A stretch of 63,533 bases of DNA, the filler included, from Chiloscyllium plagiosum (taxonomy: Eukaryota): assembly GCF_004010195.1 (NCBI RefSeq). It is 6 parts of one record of this genome, joined end to end, with 100 filler letters (N's around TTAATTAATTAA, not from the genome) between each part and the next. Parts side by side here need not be neighbours in the genome. Positions count along the whole stretch, not along the records: positions 56,059 to 62,120 come from NC_057710.1; positions 62,221 to 63,533 come from NC_057710.1; 4 more parts are not named here. One strand, given 5' to 3'. This document shows positions 61,169-63,533 of the stretch, piece after piece (position 1 is the stretch's first letter; the number at the start of each line of letters is the position of its first letter). The translations under genes and the position numbers were made by a program. The notes under the pieces were generated by a model, which was given only the letters and a program-made list of their open reading frames with translations, was not told the DNA's origin and searched no databases.

Positions 61169-61860
61169 AAAAAATCTAACTAGAGATTGCAATAAATACT
61201 GGCTTTGGTAGCCTGATTTGCAATGGCTCTGTGCCACTTCCATTGACAAAATATGTTGAACCTTGAAGTTCAGGCTGTGATGGCAACATTGAAACGTTGC
61301 GGACACCTTAATGAAGGTGATGCTGTCCCACCAACTTACCTGGTCACTGTCAGCAATGAAGTCACTAGGGGTTATTCAGTGAACAGGAAACCCAAAAAAC
61401 AAAAGGAAAAGTGAGTGCTCACCAAGTTTACTCCTCCAGATTTGTCAAGTGAACATATTCCACCAAGCATTGCCAAACCATTAATTCCATCAATGAAAAT
61501 TCCACCCCTGTAAAAGAGAAATCAGAGCACATGATCACTAGCCAGCGGTCACTCCAACCAATGCAACCACAGACATGTTGTTGTACATGGAGATGGGTGA
61601 GCAATAAGTGTGATGTTGGTTCTCACACTAACTCAGTATGGCAATGATGTCTTTCAGGACTCAGACAATTCTGACACTCATGGTCAAACCAGGCCATACT
61701 GAGTGAAACACATTGAAGCCACAGTTCATTAAGAGTCTTGTTAGCCTCAAAGTATTTCCAGTTGGTATTCAACATAGAGGAGCATTCAATATTGTTGAAT
61801 CATTTAATAATTTGAGCACATAGGTAACTGTTCACCCTGTTGTGTGTTTGTGATGGTCTG

Positions 61861-62120
61861 TAGACAATAGACAATAGGTGCAGGAGTAGGCCATTCTGCC
61901 CCTCGAGCCTGCACCACCATTCAATATGATCATGGCTGATTATCCTGCCTTATCTCCATAACCCTTGATTCCACTATCCTTTAAAGCTCTATCCAACTCT
62001 TTCCTAAATGAATCCAGAGACTGGGCCTCCACTGCCCTCTGGGGCAGAGCATTCCACACAGCCACCACTCTCTGGGTGAAGAAGTTTCTCCTCATCTCTG
62101 TCCTAAATGGTCTACCCTGT
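61861..62120 (-). mobile_element. CR1 LINE 3' end
   Basis: Tail tagacaatagacaataggtgcaggagtaggcc. The antisense strand encodes FFTQRVVAVWNALP. Confidence 0.88.
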
Positions 62121-62220
62121 NNNNNNNNNNNNNNNNNNNNNNNNNNNNNNNNNNNNNNNNNNNNTTAATTAATTAANNNNNNNNNNNNNNNNNNNNNNNN
62201 NNNNNNNNNNNNNNNNNNNN
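62121..62220. other. Artificial contig spacer
   Basis: N44-TTAATTAATTAA(62165-62176)-N44. Confidence 0.97.
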
Positions 62221-62894
62221 TCCAGAAATAACTTGATCTCAAATATTCTGGATTATTACACTTTGGATCTATTACTCTATTCACCATTACCAACCCAGCC
62301 TCTGCCATCATTTACACATCAATGACAGCATTTCATACTGTCATGTGCATCCTCAGTGTATCCTTTTCACTGCTCTAACACTGAGCCACTCTAAGCTATC
62401 AGGCGGGTACAGTTGTCTTCTCCACTGGATACCTTTGTGAATTTCCATTTAGGGATATCGGCAATTAAACTGCTCAGTGTGGAGGGCCAGGCTTCATTCA
62501 TGAAGAGCAAGTTGGGAATATGGACTGGATGCATATGAGGACTGTGGCATCTAGAGAGGATGGATGGTCACATCCTGTGGGAATTGTAACTATCCTGTCC
62601 TGATCCTGAACTTTCAAACCTATTATGATCCCAACTGATGACAGAACTGGTCAAGTGGGATCCAGACATTTAGCTTGAAAGATCATTTAAAAAAATTTAA
62701 CATGTTGGTCATTGACTAAAACATAAAGACACAAGGCCGTAGATCTGGTTTAATATGCAAAGGAAAGAAAAACAGAATGAAACAAACCAAGTTATCTGTA
62801 TATAACACAGTTTAAAGGAATTTAAACAGCTGGAAAAACTGGGGTATAGGAACCTGAGGTGCAGTTGCAGTGCACAGGAGGATGAGGGGAGGGA

Positions 62895-63533
62895 GAACAA
62901 GGGAGCAGGCTATTCTGGACCTAGTGCTATGTAATGAACCAGATTTTATAAAAAATCTTAAAGTAAGGGAACACTTAGGAAGCAGGGATCATAATATGGT
63001 AGAGTTTAGTCTGCAGTTTGAAAGAGAAAAGACAAGATCGGATGTAATGATGTTGTAGTTAAATAAAGGTAACTATGAGGGCATGAGAGAGGAACTGACG
63101 AAAATAGACTGGAAGCAGAGCCTAGCGGGGAAGACAGTAGAGCAAAAATGGCAGGAGTTTGTGGGTATAATTGAGGACACTGTACAGGGATTCATCCCCA
63201 AGAAAAGAAAGATTATCCGGGGAGGGATTAGACAGCCATGGCTGACAAAAGAAGTCAGGAAATGTATCAAACAAAAAGAGAGATCCTATAAAGTGGCCAA
63301 GAGCACAGGGAAATCAGAAGATTGGGAAGGCTACAAAAGGGGAGGGATTAGACAGCCATGGCTGACAAAAGAAGTCAGGAAATGTATCAAAGAAAAAGAG
63401 AGATCCTATAAAGTGGCCAAGAGCACAGGGAAATCAGAAGATTGGGAAGGCTACAAAAACAAACAGAGGATAACAAAGAGAAATAAGGAAGGAGAGGATC
63501 AAATATGAAGATAGGCTAGCCAGTAATATTAGA
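62895..63533 (+). mobile_element. CR1 ORF2 endonuclease end and linker with an internal 120-bp tandem duplication
   Basis: ILDLVLCNEP...GSRDHNMV, then ORF 63083..63508. Segment 63219-63338 is repeated at 63339-63458 with one mismatch. Confidence 0.9.

Overview
This is repeat-dense vertebrate genomic DNA, not microbial. The mix of HER1/CR1 LINEs, HE1 SINEs and Penelope elements points to a cartilaginous fish, probably a shark (inference). The window is six contigs (1-21105, 21206-43828, 43929-52764, 52865-55958, 56059-62120, 62221-63533) joined by an artificial 100-bp spacer, N44-TTAATTAATTAA-N44, so adjacency across gaps cannot be trusted. Nearly all ORFs in the track are fragments or antisense frames of decayed retroelements. 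Main contents: (i) a degraded class I (epsilon/gamma-like) endogenous retrovirus with RNase H, integrase, env and a probable 3' LTR; (ii) many CR1/HER1 LINE pieces, HE1 SINEs, two Rex1/Babar LINEs and a Tigger-like DNA element; (iii) at least three sequence families of Penelope-like elements (PLEs) whose ends carry minimal hammerhead ribozyme cores, often as foldback insertions with 12-14 bp target-site duplications (TSDs) and a 35-bp asymmetric tail; (iv) one clear host exon missed by the ORF track, the zinc-binding catalytic exon of an ADAM metalloprotease (55116-55258, minus), plus weaker exon candidates; (v) three tandem-repeat arrays at contig ends and two local duplications. Repeat boundaries were read by eye and are approximate unless a TSD or splice site is cited.
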